Shown: positions 26,343 to 43,697 of the stretch, piece by piece | How positions within the stretch are numbered: the first letter of the stretch is position 1 | Layout of the letters: every line of letters begins with the position of its first letter | NCBI RefSeq assembly: GCF_009914755.1 | Contig: NC_060932.1 | Length of the DNA: 64,000 nucleotides | Direction: 5' to 3' (one strand) | Origin: the human T2T-CHM13v2.0 reference genome, Homo sapiens | Notes under the pieces: model-generated | What the model was told of the DNA's origin: nothing | Database searches by the model: none | Seen by the model: only the letters and a program-made list of their open reading frames with translations | Program-made: the position numbers and the translations under genes

Positions 26343-29270
26343 TGGTCTGTATCAGTAAAGGTATACTTACAACAATAACCAGACGTTTATTTGAAATGTA
26401 GGGCCAATTTTAAGAGTTGCGAACATAGTAAAAGTCAAGAAACCACAGTCTACTCAAGGAGTGACTGCATTTTTCAGTTTTCTCTCCAGAAACTGTGTGT
26501 TAGGAAAACTAAAGGTGGAAGTAGGTATTTGTGAGTTCAAGTTTACTTCTGACAATACTTGTGTAGTTCTGGATAAATTAAGAAAAGAGTAAAGATCCCT
26601 AGAGATTCCTGTTACAATCTGGCATACGGTTGTTCAAGACAGTATCAGTATGAAAAATAAAAGAACTATGACGGTATTTTTACCCAAGTAGATGAAAATT
26701 ATCATTTGGAACAATGAGTAAGTTTTATGTGGTGGAGAAAGAAGTGTAGAATAACGAGCAACAATTTCACTTCAATGCAATTCAATAAAATCAGATAAAT
26801 ATATAATGGCAGCCATTATTTTTTATTTAATATAAAAAAATCTATTGAGTGTACTATAAAAAACATATTTGTATAATTTTAATTGTGTACTTTGTTGAAA
26901 AAATAATATTAATAAAAAGTAGGTATAATTCTTTAGCCACTTAAATTTCACTTTCTGGATATATTTATGAAATACTAACATCAAAAAAGTTCTTTGTGGC
27001 ACTATATGAATTTGAGGAACAAAAGCATAGAGTTCCCAAAGATATTTCATTCATATAACAAATATTAATAACCTCCTACCATGTGCCAGGCAGAGTGACA
27101 GTTCTGTGAGTTTTCTACTGTGCAAAGCAGAGCTGGTTTTTCATTTTTTATAGCGTCAGCCTATTCAAAGTGAATATAAGCTTTCACATGTGTTGTCTGA
27201 CTCTATCCTCAAATCAGCTCCATGAGGTAAGAAATCATATAATCCATAATTTATTTTTCAATAAACTTAGAGTAGTAAAAGTCAAATTGTTATTTTGCAG
27301 GAAAGGCAGGACTAGAATTAATTATTAAACTGAATTCAGTATTTGTTGGGGAATCATTCTATGATGGTAACATTGAGAATGAGAGAGAAAAAATGTCCCG
27401 AATTTCTTTCATTCTGGATTCTTGCACTCTCTCTAGTCCAGCAGTACTAAGAAGTTGGCTAAAATGACTGTAAGAACCCTGATTGGAAGTTTCCATCTTC
27501 ATAAGAGTGATATATCTGCTAGTCCTCAGTCTTCTTGAGATAGGCCCTGCCTCCTTGGAACCCTTAATTCTAGATTCTAGCACTGCAAAGCAGCTCCTTT
27601 TCCCATCAGTGGGGGTGGAGGAGGCATCAGTGAAGAGATAAGAAGACGACATAGCGCATAAAGTGATCAAGAGTAAGAAAGAGACCAGCAATGTTTCAAG
27701 AGAAGATTCCTGTTGAAGAAAGCAGAATGGAAGATTATAAACATATATTTTAGGAAATAATGACATGTAAAAATCTTGAAATCCAAAACCAACATGAGGC
27801 CAAGTCCTTAACTTCAAGTTCATTCTATGAAGACATACAGAAAGATGTTGATTGAAAAGAAAATGCTGAATTATTATTACACTGTTACTTTTTAGTACAC
27901 AGCTATTTTATATCAAGGTTCTTTTAGTTGGGGATCAGTTAAGCAGAACCACTGAAGAGTTAAGGGATTGCTTCTCTTTACTAATGACTCATTGAGGTGT
28001 CATTCTTATTTCCAGCACACACAATGGCACCTGACACATAGAAGCCACTCAATAAATATTAGTTTAGCAAATGAACAGAGTTGATTTCAGCACACATATA
28101 GAGCTAACAGCTAGCACTGATTGTGTGTGGAAATTCAATTGAAAGCAAAAACTTGATGCCCAAGGAGTAATAGAGGATGCCAATTTAATCCTTTCAATTG
28201 GATTTCTATACAGAAAGTGTTTTTTTGTTGTTGTTGTTCTTGTTTTGCTTTGTGTTGTTGTTTTTTCCTGGCATATTTAAATCATGGTGTCTTTCTCATA
28301 TGTGCTCAATACTTATTGATTCAACAGAATTGAAATTTAAATATAAGATGCTATCCACCATAGCATGTACAGGAGTTTAATAAACTTATGTATTTTCTCT
28401 GGCTTTTGAAAATAGGCGCTCATGTGGAAATGCCCTCATAAACACATCAGTTATTTTTCCATTTTGAGAAAATGATATGTAAAGGAAAGGAGATTCCTAC
28501 TGATCTACCAGGACAGTTGTAGGTACCAGCCCATATATACATCCTCACCTGGTTGTAATAGTGGGGAAAAGGAAGGATCTTTCCAAAGGCAAGAAAATGG
28601 ACTGCAGCTGTGCCTGCACACTGCAACAGCAGCAGTTTGATGTGCTAGGGAGAAAACATAGTCAAATTCTTTTCACAACCATATAATCTATGTAGACAAG
28701 TCAGACAGTTTGTAAGAAATATTGTTTTTCAAAGCTGTCTTTTGAAACAGTGTAGACACAGTCTAAATTGCTTGGATGGCAGGCTTCCAGTTCCCGGTTT
28801 TATGATATGATCCATGTCACTGAGATGAAAAGGCACTCTCTCAGTAGCATGTTTGTCAACAGAAGCAAGCTGACATTCAACTCCAAAGGATTTAAGGAAA
28901 AAAGACTTACTTTCTTTCATTATTAAGCAGGTTATCAGAGAAGAAATGAACCACAACTTTATGGATTATCACATTCACAAAACCTTAAATGGCAGCCAAT
29001 TCAGCCAATTTGAGAATCAGGGGAAAAGACTGAAAGCATTTAAAGTTTTTTCTTTTTACAGTTTACTTTTAATCTGAATCATATAAGAATTATTTTTAAA
29101 ATGTTTTCACAAGAAGGGTCTGTAATCTAATGGGAATCTAATATAAAACAGAAATAAAGATGTTATAACATGTATGACTACAGAAATAACTCACCATATT
29201 TTTGTTTATACTTACTATTTTACTTGAATTTTTCATTAGGTAGGCCAAAATTTTATAGCACATAGGAGAT

Positions 29271-29351
29271 ACAGGCTGGTGTGGAAATAACTGTGGTTTT
29301 TGCAATTACTTTTAATTGTGAAAAAACACAATTATTTTCGCACCAACCTAA
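29271..29351. mobile_element. MADE1 (Hsmar1-derived MITE), diverged
   Basis: About 80-bp imperfect palindrome aggctggtgtggaaataactgtggtttttgcaattactttt...aaaaaacacaattattttcgcaccaacctaa, matching the MADE1/miR-548 consensus pattern. Confidence 0.88.
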
Positions 29352-30505
29352 TGTAATAACCATGTGGAAAAAATTCTAATTCATTCCTTTGGCATAAAAC
29401 TTTTTAGTTGAAAAACTTTTATGTGGGCTATTTTCCCTACGAATATCTTCACTTCTTCTGAAGGGTTTATGTATTTACTTATTTACTTATTTTTCTTAAG
29501 GAGGTGAGCAGAAGACAGATGTCAGGGGAGGGGTTTCCCTGGCTGTCTCTCTACTGGATCATAAATTGCTGGATCCTTCAGCCAAAGTCCAAAGCCCTTG
29601 CAAGTGGCTTTCTCATGTTTCTGATGACCACTCCCTTATTTTGCCCTTTCAGGCTTAAATAGTGTTCTTGTTAGCCTTTGGTACCCCATTAATCTTTTAT
29701 TCGTTTCCCTAAATCCTGCTTACAGCTTTGTAAATAGCCCCATTACAAAATTCTATTTAAATTGCCCACTTTAAATTTGCCATCCTATCCTGCTAAGACC
29801 CTACCTGATACTTTAGGCAGCATTAACCCTCTTCTGTGTGAAAACCATGTGAATCACTGAGCATGTGCTTTTTCACACTGGAGATGATGTGTTTTAATGA
29901 ATTTAACAAATCCAGAATAAAGGATAAATGAAGCTTTTTCATGAATAGATTTAGCTTCTCTCAATTCAAAAGACATAATTGATGTTCCCTAAATGAGAGC
30001 AGAGACACAATAATTAAATGAAGGAAATAGTACGAGCTATTATACATATGTATATTATACATATACATTTAATTACATATGAATTAAAAGATATTCTGTC
30101 AAAAGGAACCTGAAAATACAGTTTCAATTATTTCTAAGCCGCTAAAAATTCCAGAAAATGGGACGAGTCGATCTCATTGCAGCTCGCTACTCTGTGGGCC
30201 CCCAATTCTGTAGCCATTTCCTATCAGGGTTCAAACTATTTGGTGATATTTGATTGCAAGCTTCCATAGTAATTTAATGGGGGTACATTCTAAGTGCATG
30301 TATTTCTATCCTACATAATATCTGAATTGTATCACAAAAGGAAACAACACACTAGTGAACAATGCAGGCTTTGCAATCATGAAGGTTTTGTTTTAAATAA
30401 TTTTACTAATTGCATAGCTTTGGGTAAGTCATCTATTTAAGGGGATGTCTTAGGAATAATTAAGTGACAAAAATGTACATAAAATACCTGAGACATCAAA
30501 AAAAG

Positions 30506-30528
30506 AATATATATATATATATATACAC

Positions 30529-30599
<71 letters not shown>
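30506..30599. repeat. Long interrupted (TA)n microsatellite
   Basis: About 90 bp of TA with a few CA/TG interruptions. Confidence 0.97.
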
Positions 30600-31007
30600 A
30601 CCATTCTTTCATTGCTATAAAGAAATACCTGGGGCTGGGTAATTCATAAGGAAAAGAGGGTCAATTGGCTCACAGTTCTACAGGCTGTGCCAGCATGGCT
30701 CTGGCATCTGATTCCAGTGACAGCCTCTGGAGCCTTACAATCATGATGGAAGGTGAAGCAGGAGCAGGCAAATCACATGGTGAGAGCAAGAGAAAGGGAG
30801 AGAGGAGGGAGGTGCCACACATTTTTAAAAAACCAGATCTCACATGAACTCTGAGCAAGAACTCACTCACCCTCAGGAGACGGTGCTAAGCCATTAGTGA
30901 GGAATCCATTCCCATGGTCCAAACACCTTCTACCAGGTCCCACTTTTAACTTTGGGAATCACATTTTAACATGAGATTTGAAAGGGACAAATATTCAAAC
31001 CTTATCA
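30582..31007 (-). mobile_element. MaLR solo LTR (MSTA-like)
   Basis: cattgctataaagaaatacctg..ggctcacagttct..catgagatttgaaagggacaaatattcaaaccttatca; left end merges into the TA tract. Confidence 0.88.
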
Positions 31008-31299
31008 ATTAGAAAGCAGTTTCTTAAGTTGCTTTGGTTGGATAATTTAGAATATATACACACATACATACATATATAAACTACATATATTTATACGCAC
31101 ACATATACATTTAAACGTAGAATTCTCCAGTTATAGGTACATACTACAGATGCTAAAGATATGACAACTGTTTGCCTTTCCTTGAGTTCTAGCCACTTTC
31201 CAGTTTGAAGTTATGGCATCATTTTATTTTCCCCCAGTGATTTCTCTCTTTTCTTTTAATGATATCTGGGGCTCTTTGTTTCCACATCTAAAGTGCTTT

Positions 31300-32015
31300 T
31301 TTTTTTAAATTATACTTTAAGTTTTAGGGTACATGTGCACAACGTGCAGGTTAGTTACATATGTATACATGTGCCATGTTGGTGTGCTGCACCCATTAAC
31401 TCCTCATTTAACATTAGGTCTATCTCCTAATGGTATCCCTTCCCCCTCCCCCCACCCCACAACAGGCCCTGGTGTGTGACGTTCCCCTTCCTGTGTCCAT
31501 GTGTTCTCACTGTTCAATTCCCACCTATGAGTGAGAACATGCGGTGTTTGTTTTTTAGTCCTTGTGATAGTTTGCTGAGAATGATGGTTTCCAGCTTCAT
31601 CCAGGTCCCTACAAAGGACATGAATTCATCTTTTTATGGCTGCATAGTATTCCATGGTATATATGTGCCACATTTTCTTAATCCAGTCTATCATTGTTGG
31701 ACATTTGGGTTGGTTCCAAGTCTTTGCTATTGTGAATAGTGCCACAATAAACATATGTGTACATGTGTCTTTATAGCAGCATGATTTATAATCCTTTGGG
31801 TATATACCTAGTAATGGGCTTGCTGGATCAAATGGTATTTCTAGTTCAAGATCCCTGAGGAATCGCCACACTGACTTCCACAATGGTTGAACTAGTTTAT
31901 CTCACACCAGTTAGAATGGCAATCATTAAAAAGTCAGGCAACAACAGGTGCTGAAGAAGATGTGGAGAAATAGGAACACTTTTACACTGTTGGTGGGACT
32001 CTTCAGATTGCATAA
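31300..32015 (-). mobile_element. L1PA4-like, 5'-truncated with 5' inversion (twin priming), 14-bp TSD
   Basis: Antisense 3' part 31300-31898, sense fragment ~31899-32000; TSD atctaaagtgcttt at 31286-31299 and 32016-32029. Confidence 0.93.
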
Positions 32016-32327
32016 ATCTAAAGTGCTTTGAATTCTTCTTCATCTTACAATGGCCATGCTCACAGATCCTATGTTTAATCACACTCTGGTCTTCTTCTTC
32101 TAACTGCTCATACTATTTTTCCTTTATGGCTACTTCATTCTTTTATTACTTTTTACATGCACCATGTGATACAATCCTTGATTTGGAAAGGCTTTCAATG
32201 GAAGATAATTTCTTTCAGTGAGTTAAAAAACAATTTCCTCTTCTTAATGATGATATTTGTTTTTCATTCACTTGCAGGTTAAATAGTCATTTTGACAAAA
32301 ATCATAGAAGCGTAAACAACTCACTCA

Positions 32328-33018
32328 TGCAATTGTATCAATGTTTGTGTTCCTTCCAAAACATATGTCAAAACTTATGTTAAAACAGTATTAAAAGGTG
32401 GTGCCTTTAGGAGATGATTAGGCCATGAGGGTTCTGCCCTCATAGATGGTCTTAGTGGTCTTATAAAAGGGCTTGAGGGGCTGGGCACAGTGGCTCACAC
32501 CTGTAATCCCAGAACTTTGGGAGGCCAGGCAGGTGGATCACATCAGGCCAGGAGTTCAAGACCAGTCTGTACAACATGAGAAAACCCCCATCTCTACTAA
32601 AAACACCAAATAAATAAATAAACAAATAAATAAATGGGCATTTTGGCAACACACCTGTAATCCCATCCACTTAGGAGGCTGAGGCATGAGAATCATTTAA
32701 ACCTGGGAGGCAGAAGTTGCAGTGAGCCAAGGTCACACCATTGCACTCTACACTGGGCAAACAAACAAACAAACCAAAAAAACAAAAAAGGGTTTCAGTG
32801 AATTTGGTCCTTTTTGCTTTTCCACCTTCCACCATGTAAAGATAGCACATTCAAGGTGCCATTTTGGAAGCAGTGACCTGGCCTTCACCAGACACCAAAC
32901 CAGCCAGAACCTTAATTTTGGACTTCTCAGTCTCCAGAACTATGAGAAATACATTTTTATTCTGTATAACTGCTCAGTCTCATGCACTGTGTTATAGCAG
33001 CACAAATAGACTAAGATA
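32328..33018 (+). mobile_element. MaLR solo LTR (MSTD/MLT1A-like) interrupted by an Alu
   Basis: gtggtgcctttaggagatgattaggccatgagggttctgccctc ... ggacttctcagtctccagaactatgagaaatac ... gttatagcagcacaaatagactaagata. Confidence 0.8.
32479..32789 (+). mobile_element. Old Alu (J/S boundary)
   Basis: Dimeric Alu with (AAAT)n middle and (AAAC)n tail; flanking repeat aaaagg. Confidence 0.9.
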
Positions 33019-33211
33019 GTTCATATCATTCCTTGAAGTATGTTCAATAAAGCACATCTGCATAACACTTAGATTTTATTTTTCTTTGAAAAGATTAACT
33101 TGCAAGAATTCCATATACTTCTTTTGGAAAAAAAGGAAATATGGAAAAAAATAAGAATAGGAAAACAATAATAAAAGAATATTACATTTTTTTCTCCCCA
33201 TTTAGCTAATA

Positions 33212-33623
33212 TAGTTGACCATTGAACAATATGTATTTGAACTGTACTTTTATGTGGATTTTTGTCACCCTTCCTTTTCCTCCTCCTCCTCAGCCTACTC
33301 AACATGAGGATGATATGAACTCAACATGAAGATGAAGACCTTTATGATGCTCCATTTCCACTTAGAGAATAGTAAATATGTTTTCCTTATGATTTTCTTA
33401 ACAACATTCTTTTCTCTAGAATACTTTATTGTAAGAATATAGTTTATAATATATATAACACTCAAGATAGATGTTAATCAACTGTTTATATTATCAGTAA
33501 GGCTTCTGGTCAACATTAGGCTGTTAGTAATTAAGTTTGGGGGTGAGTCAAAAATTACATTGTGAATTTTCAACTGTTCAAGGAGAAAGCGCCCCCAACT
33601 CCCTCATTGTTCAAGGTCAACTG
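33212..33623. mobile_element. Tigger2a-like DNA transposon (TcMar-Tigger)
   Basis: Terminal inverted repeats tagttgaccattgaacaa ... ttgttcaaggtcaactg; internal cctcctcagcctactcaacatgag. Confidence 0.85.
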
Positions 33624-34701
33624 CATATCCCATAGTCATCTGAAGTCTTTTTTTAAAGTGTTAATTAATTCATTGAATTATTTTTTCAAATTTTAAAAAA
33701 GTTATCTTTATTATTTACAGGCAGGCTAAGTGTAAGAGAGAAGACAGTAAATTAGGAAAAATATCTTTTACTTCATGCTTACATTTTAAGCATGTACATT
33801 AGCAAAGTGAGAGCCAAAGATAATTGTTATTCACTGTTCTTCAGAATTAAGCAATTTTATGTCACCTTCTGTAGAGTTGAAAAATAAATTCCATGGATCT
33901 ACAATGTGGATTTGAACATTAAGGATTTTCCAACCCTTGTCTTGGTGCATGGGGGCTTAGTAAAAACCAGGTTATTCAATCCTGCAGGTGAATATGAAGG
34001 TGACACGGTCCCAATTTTGGGATTTGGAGAGGATTAACAACTGGGATAGACCTAGGGCTAGATAGTAAAGGGATTGTGGGATCCAAATATTGTTTAAATG
34101 TTTAATTTGGAGACAGTCTTCGGGTATCACATGGATTGTCTCTCATATGCGCTTGGTCTTCTTGAGGATAATAATGTTTCCCAAGGTACCATATCAGATT
34201 TTAAAAAATTAAATTCTTCTAGCTACTCTATGAATCACAATTATTGAAGTTACCACAACCCCAACTATTAATTCTTGCTCTGTGCTAATAAGGACTACAC
34301 ATCAGGTCTTCTGCTAAGTATTGGGGATACAGTGGTGAAGAAAGCAAAACCAACTTTGCCCAGAAATAACAGAGTCTATTTAGTAAAGACATTTAAGTAA
34401 ATAAGAAATTAAATTACAATGACATAGATGCCATGGTAGGGATAGGATAGGGTATTTTAAAAGCACATAGGAAGGTCACAACCTTGGAAAATTTTCTCAG
34501 AAGATGGTGTTCAAACTGACAAAGTATAAAAATTAAAAGATATAGGTTTAGGGGTGAGGTGTGAAAAGGTAATGTGTTTCAAACAGAGGTAAGAGCATGC
34601 CCAGTGGATAAGAAATGAGAGGCTTTGGGTAAAGAAAGAGACCACCGATGCTAGGAAGAAACTGCATCAACTAACGAGCAAAATAACGAGCTAACATCGT
34701 A

Positions 34702-38805
<4,104 letters not shown>

Positions 38806-40590
38806 ACAATGAGAGCACGTGGACACAGGAAGGGGAACATCACACACTGGGGCCTGTCATGGGGCGGGGGGAAGGGGGAGGAATAGCATTAGGAGATACA
38901 CCTAATGTAAATGACGAGTTAATGGGTGCAGCACACCAACATGGCACATGTATACATAGGTAACAAACCTGCACGTTGGGCACATGTACTCTAGAATTTA
39001 AAGTATAATAATAATAATAATAAAAGAAACAGAGAATCATTTAGTATAGCTTGAGATTAGAATGTTTCCGGAAAATATACATTAAGAGAAAAACAAATGT
39101 AAAGTCATGACTGGCATAAAATGTCAATATTATCCTGAAAACAATAACAAAATATTTTTTTGTCTTGGAGTGATGCAATCATTATTTTAGTGACATAGCC
39201 TGCAATTCAATATATCCTCAGTTTAGAGAAAAACAAACAAATGAACAAAGAAAAATAGAGTGAAAGCATACAAAAGACCCAGGAAGGTTGTGTGATAATC
39301 TCAGTGAGAGGAGACTGTGGCATGCAGTAACGTAATGACAGTGTATATGGAGAAAATTTTCATATTCAAGAAATAGTAAGATGAGGGAATCCAACAAGAA
39401 AATGTGATTTGCTGAGTTGGGGTAGTAAGAAAGGAGTCAAAATGACACTTAGGTTTCTGGATGTGGCAAATAAGTGACTGTGTCATTTAACTGAAATCAG
39501 AAACAGAATGAATAGGTTTGGTGATAATAGTTCACTTATAGAAGCATACAGATTGAAAGCTTTGTGAAATGTTCAATAGGGCAGTGATATATGAACTCAG
39601 AATTCAGAAGAGAGATCTCAGCTATTTGTTTTATCACAAGTAGACAACAATGGACAGATACAACTGCATAAAATTGCCCAGGTGGAATCATTTAAAAGGA
39701 CAGAAAAAAAAGGTTTCTAAAGAACCTAAGATTATTAATTTGAGTGCACTTCTATGTAAAAATATTTAAAAAGAGAAAAATCCAGAAGATTGAAGAAACC
39801 ATGGAAGATCCAGGAGAAAGTCAGAAGAAGGATACCATAGAAGTCTCAAGGGCAGGGGGTGAGGAAGAAGTGTCAATAATCACAAATATCCCCTAAGGGA
39901 TTAACTATGTTAAGGACTACGTATTTTCTATTAACTGTAGTTACAGGTGGTCATTTCAGCAAATTTAAACAGGTATTTCAGTGGAATGTTGAATGTGATA
40001 CTCAGGTTTGAATGGTCAATAGAAGTGAGGAATAGAATCTGTATGTGTACAAAATTCTGTCACGTTTGTCTACATAATCAGAGGATACAGACAGGCGTAG
40101 TATTCGAGGTTGTTGGAGGGATTTTTTGTTTTGTACGCTCTTAATATTGTTTGTAGCTGACAGAGACTTGGACTAGTTGAGTGCTAATAGGTAAGGACAC
40201 AAAACAAAGGAAGAAGTTGAAAAGAGAAGACAGAGTTATCTAACAGAATTCTAGGGCACAAGTGGAAGAGAGTGATTTTATATGCCAATAAAAAGTCAGA
40301 GCAGGGGGTAAAGCCACAGGTGGAAGTATCGGAGTATCACATTTGTTCATACGAGATAAGAAGAGTGGTATCCTTAAAGTGACTTTGGGATAGAAGAGAA
40401 GATAGAGTTAATAGCTTGTTCTCTATCCTAAAATGTGCAGCATGTAATCAAACAGAAATTTCTACTTGAGAAGGATACTGATGTCCTACTGTCTTTAAGC
40501 CACATGCAGGTTATGATTGATGTATTATCTGGCCATAATTGATTCAAGAAGATGGAAAATAACTTTGGTGAAAAGCTGAAAGAAAGTAAG

Positions 40591-40995
40591 TGGGTTAGCC
40601 CATTTTTTTGTGTTGCTATCAAGGAATACCTGAGACTGGATCAGTTATAAAGAAAAGAGGTATAATTGGCTCACAATTCTTCAGGCCGTACAGGAAGCAT
40701 GGCACCAGCATCTACTTGGCTACTCTGAGGCCTTAGGGAGTTTCCATTCATGGTGGAAGGCAAAGGAGGAGCTGGCATAGGACATAGTGAGAACAGGAGT
40801 GAGAGAGAGTGGGAGAGGTCCAACATATTAAACCACCAGATCGCGCATGAATGAGAACTCACTTACCATCAAGGGAATAATGACAAACCATTCATGAGGG
40901 ATCGGTCCCCTGTGATTCAATCACCTGCCACCTCCAACACTAGGAATCACATTTCAACATGAGACTTGAAGGGGACAAACATCCAAACCATTTTA
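40591..40995 (-). mobile_element. MaLR solo LTR (MSTA/MSTB-like) with 5-bp TSD
   Basis: TSD gtaag at 40586-40590 and 40996-41000; gttgctatcaaggaatacctgagactgg ... ggggacaaacatccaaacca. Confidence 0.9.
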
Positions 40996-41060
40996 GTAAG
41001 GCAGTTTCTTCACTCCACACTTCTTATGAGCATATTTAAAAGATTTTAGAGGTTGGACTA

Positions 41061-41261
<201 letters not shown>

Positions 41262-41446
41262 CTAATGTACAGATTAATAATAGAAGTAACATTATGTGTT
41301 TCCTAATAGTTTTGGCTGGTCATATTTTTGTTTATGTTTTTATTTTTGTTTAAAAATTGGTCTTAGGACTCCCTCTGAGAATTGAAGCACTCAGAACTTT
41401 ATTCTGAGGGACCTCTAATTCTAGCCGACAGGCTAGCAATAGCTTA

Positions 41447-42216
41447 TCTTATTTCATTCACGCCTAGACACATACATGTTTTCACATTATAATATCTCTG
41501 AAACTGCAATGCACCCTGTCATCAGTAATAACATAAAATCAGCCACATGGTAATTATCATTTGGTGATCATTGCTTATGCATGTAGAAATTTCATCATGG
41601 CTATTGATGTTGTCAACATTTTGAGTTATGTTCAAATAGTATTAAAATATATTCCCAAATTATATATTGTATTTTAATATTGATATAAAAATTACTGAAG
41701 CAAATATTTGTCATTAGAGAAGCAATCAACCACAGTGTACACATTTTGTTGTCACCACCAGACATCAGGATTTAAGATGAGAAGATTGAAGAATATGATG
41801 CTGTATTACATTTTTCATTGAGATTTTATACATATGCATCTATGTATAAAATTCTATTTGTTTCCTGGTCTCTTATCACCTTTGGTGATTTGTGTGAATT
41901 TAACTTTTCCAAATTGGTCAACTGCACCTTGGATTGATATTACCTCTGAAAAATACTTCACTGAAAACTCTGGACTTGTGTGGATATGTACAGCCTATAC
42001 CATGCCAAACAATTCAACTGAAGGTAGAAAAAATTACCAAATATCTTAGAATAGATGAAAACAAATGTCAAAGCATGAGAGGCTGCTGTGATCAATGCAT
42101 TCACTGCCCAGAGCTATCAATAAAGCATTGTGTCACAGCTTAACTTGTCTTTCTAAGAGGTGCACAGAATAATGGTACATCTTACAATCAATGCGGTCTT
42201 AGTACATAAAATACTT
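41447..42216. mobile_element. TcMar-Tc2 (Kanga/MER104-like) DNA transposon remnant
   Basis: Left end tatttcattc..ttttcacattataatatctctgaaact and right end catcttacaatcaatgcggtcttag..taaaatac resemble MER104/Kanga termini as recalled. Confidence 0.6.
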
Positions 42217-43697
42217 GTATTTGTTTCCTGATCTCTCACCACCTTTGGTGATTTGTGTGAATTCAACTTTTCCAAAATTGGTCAACACATCTTGGATTGC
42301 CATTACCTCTGAAAAAATATTTGTCTATTTCACTGAAAATTCTGGATTTCTGGAAAAAAAAAAGTGAAGTCTAAGTCTTGATTGATTTTACTCTGGATGA
42401 AGAGGCGTGGGGAGTACTAGCTTGCAGACTCCTGTGAGAATAAAATGCTTTCTTGTCACTAAGAGTAGCACAGGAGACTAGTCCCTGAACGATATTCTGC
42501 GTGTGTGTGTTCAATAAGAAATGTATTGTAAAAGCCCCATCTAGAAAAGAGAAACAAATATTACCCTCTAGCCAGTAACATACAAAGGAGTGGCCATAAC
42601 CTAAATGTACTAGCTAAGAAGTGCATCACAAAATACTCCATCTTAAAATACAATGGTCTTTGAGGATTTTATAATTGAACCAAGAAAATGTAAGAAACTA
42701 TAAAAAATTGCTAAGTTCTAGTAAAGCTTTTCACTCTGTCTCTCCTTATAGGAACCTGACAAGCAAATTACCATCTTTCTTAGTAGATCTGTTTAGGAAT
42801 AGGGGTATGCAAGGCAAAATCTTTTTTTAAAAAAATCCCTCCTTGTTTTATTTAATTAATGAGCCTTTCATTAGCAAAAACATGTAGTTTGGAATGGCAC
42901 AATTGACTTTCCATTCATCCTTTCTGGCAGCATACTGTGAGCAAGGCAAAATTAATCTGGTATCTTGAGCTATTTTTCACTCTTCAAGAGCAAAGTTAGA
43001 ACATGTTTCATTTACGTATATGGGCCTGTCAGTTCTCTGGGTGAGTTACGTAGACTGGCCCCTCACCAAAAGCATTAAAATAAATTTTACTAATTTGACA
43101 TCTACTAAATATATCGGAGATTAGGGCAGCTACTGGACTCTTTAAAGCTTTATTGGAACTGAACTAACTTATAGTGAGGTAAAAGTATTATTTGAGGCTT
43201 GGGTTATCCATCCAAAATTTGAATTACCCTAATCTCATTGCTCTGAAAAATAAAGAGGTGTCAGAGTTCCACATTTCACACAAAAATAACTTTAACATAA
43301 ATATTACTTATATTCTGATATATTACTGAGTGCAGCATTTATTATTACATTTAGATATTCTTTCTTTAAGGCTCTTTGAAAAGTCTTGTGTTGGTTTCTA
43401 GAACAGTCTAAGGACAAACTACTCTGGAATGCCTACATAAATAGTGATTTGTCCCAGGATCTACTAAATAAGAATATCTGATTGAGTCTTCTGAATTTTA
43501 AGTAAGGTCTTCAGGAAAGTCTAATGACAATAAAATTGTCTCTGGCATGACAGTTCTACAGAAAATTCCCACTAATATGACCACTTAATTAGTATCAATA
43601 ATTGAAACATATTATACTAGTATTTATGCTTTTTATAACAAAGGGAGAGTTTAAATAAGATTATCTGTATTCGTTTCCTGTAAAATAGTATTATTCC

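Noticed and set aside
27359-27823. 154-aa minus-strand ORF outside obvious repeats
   Set aside because: No recognisable domain or biased composition and no supporting gene structure; compatible with chance, though PhyloCSF or Ribo-seq would settle it
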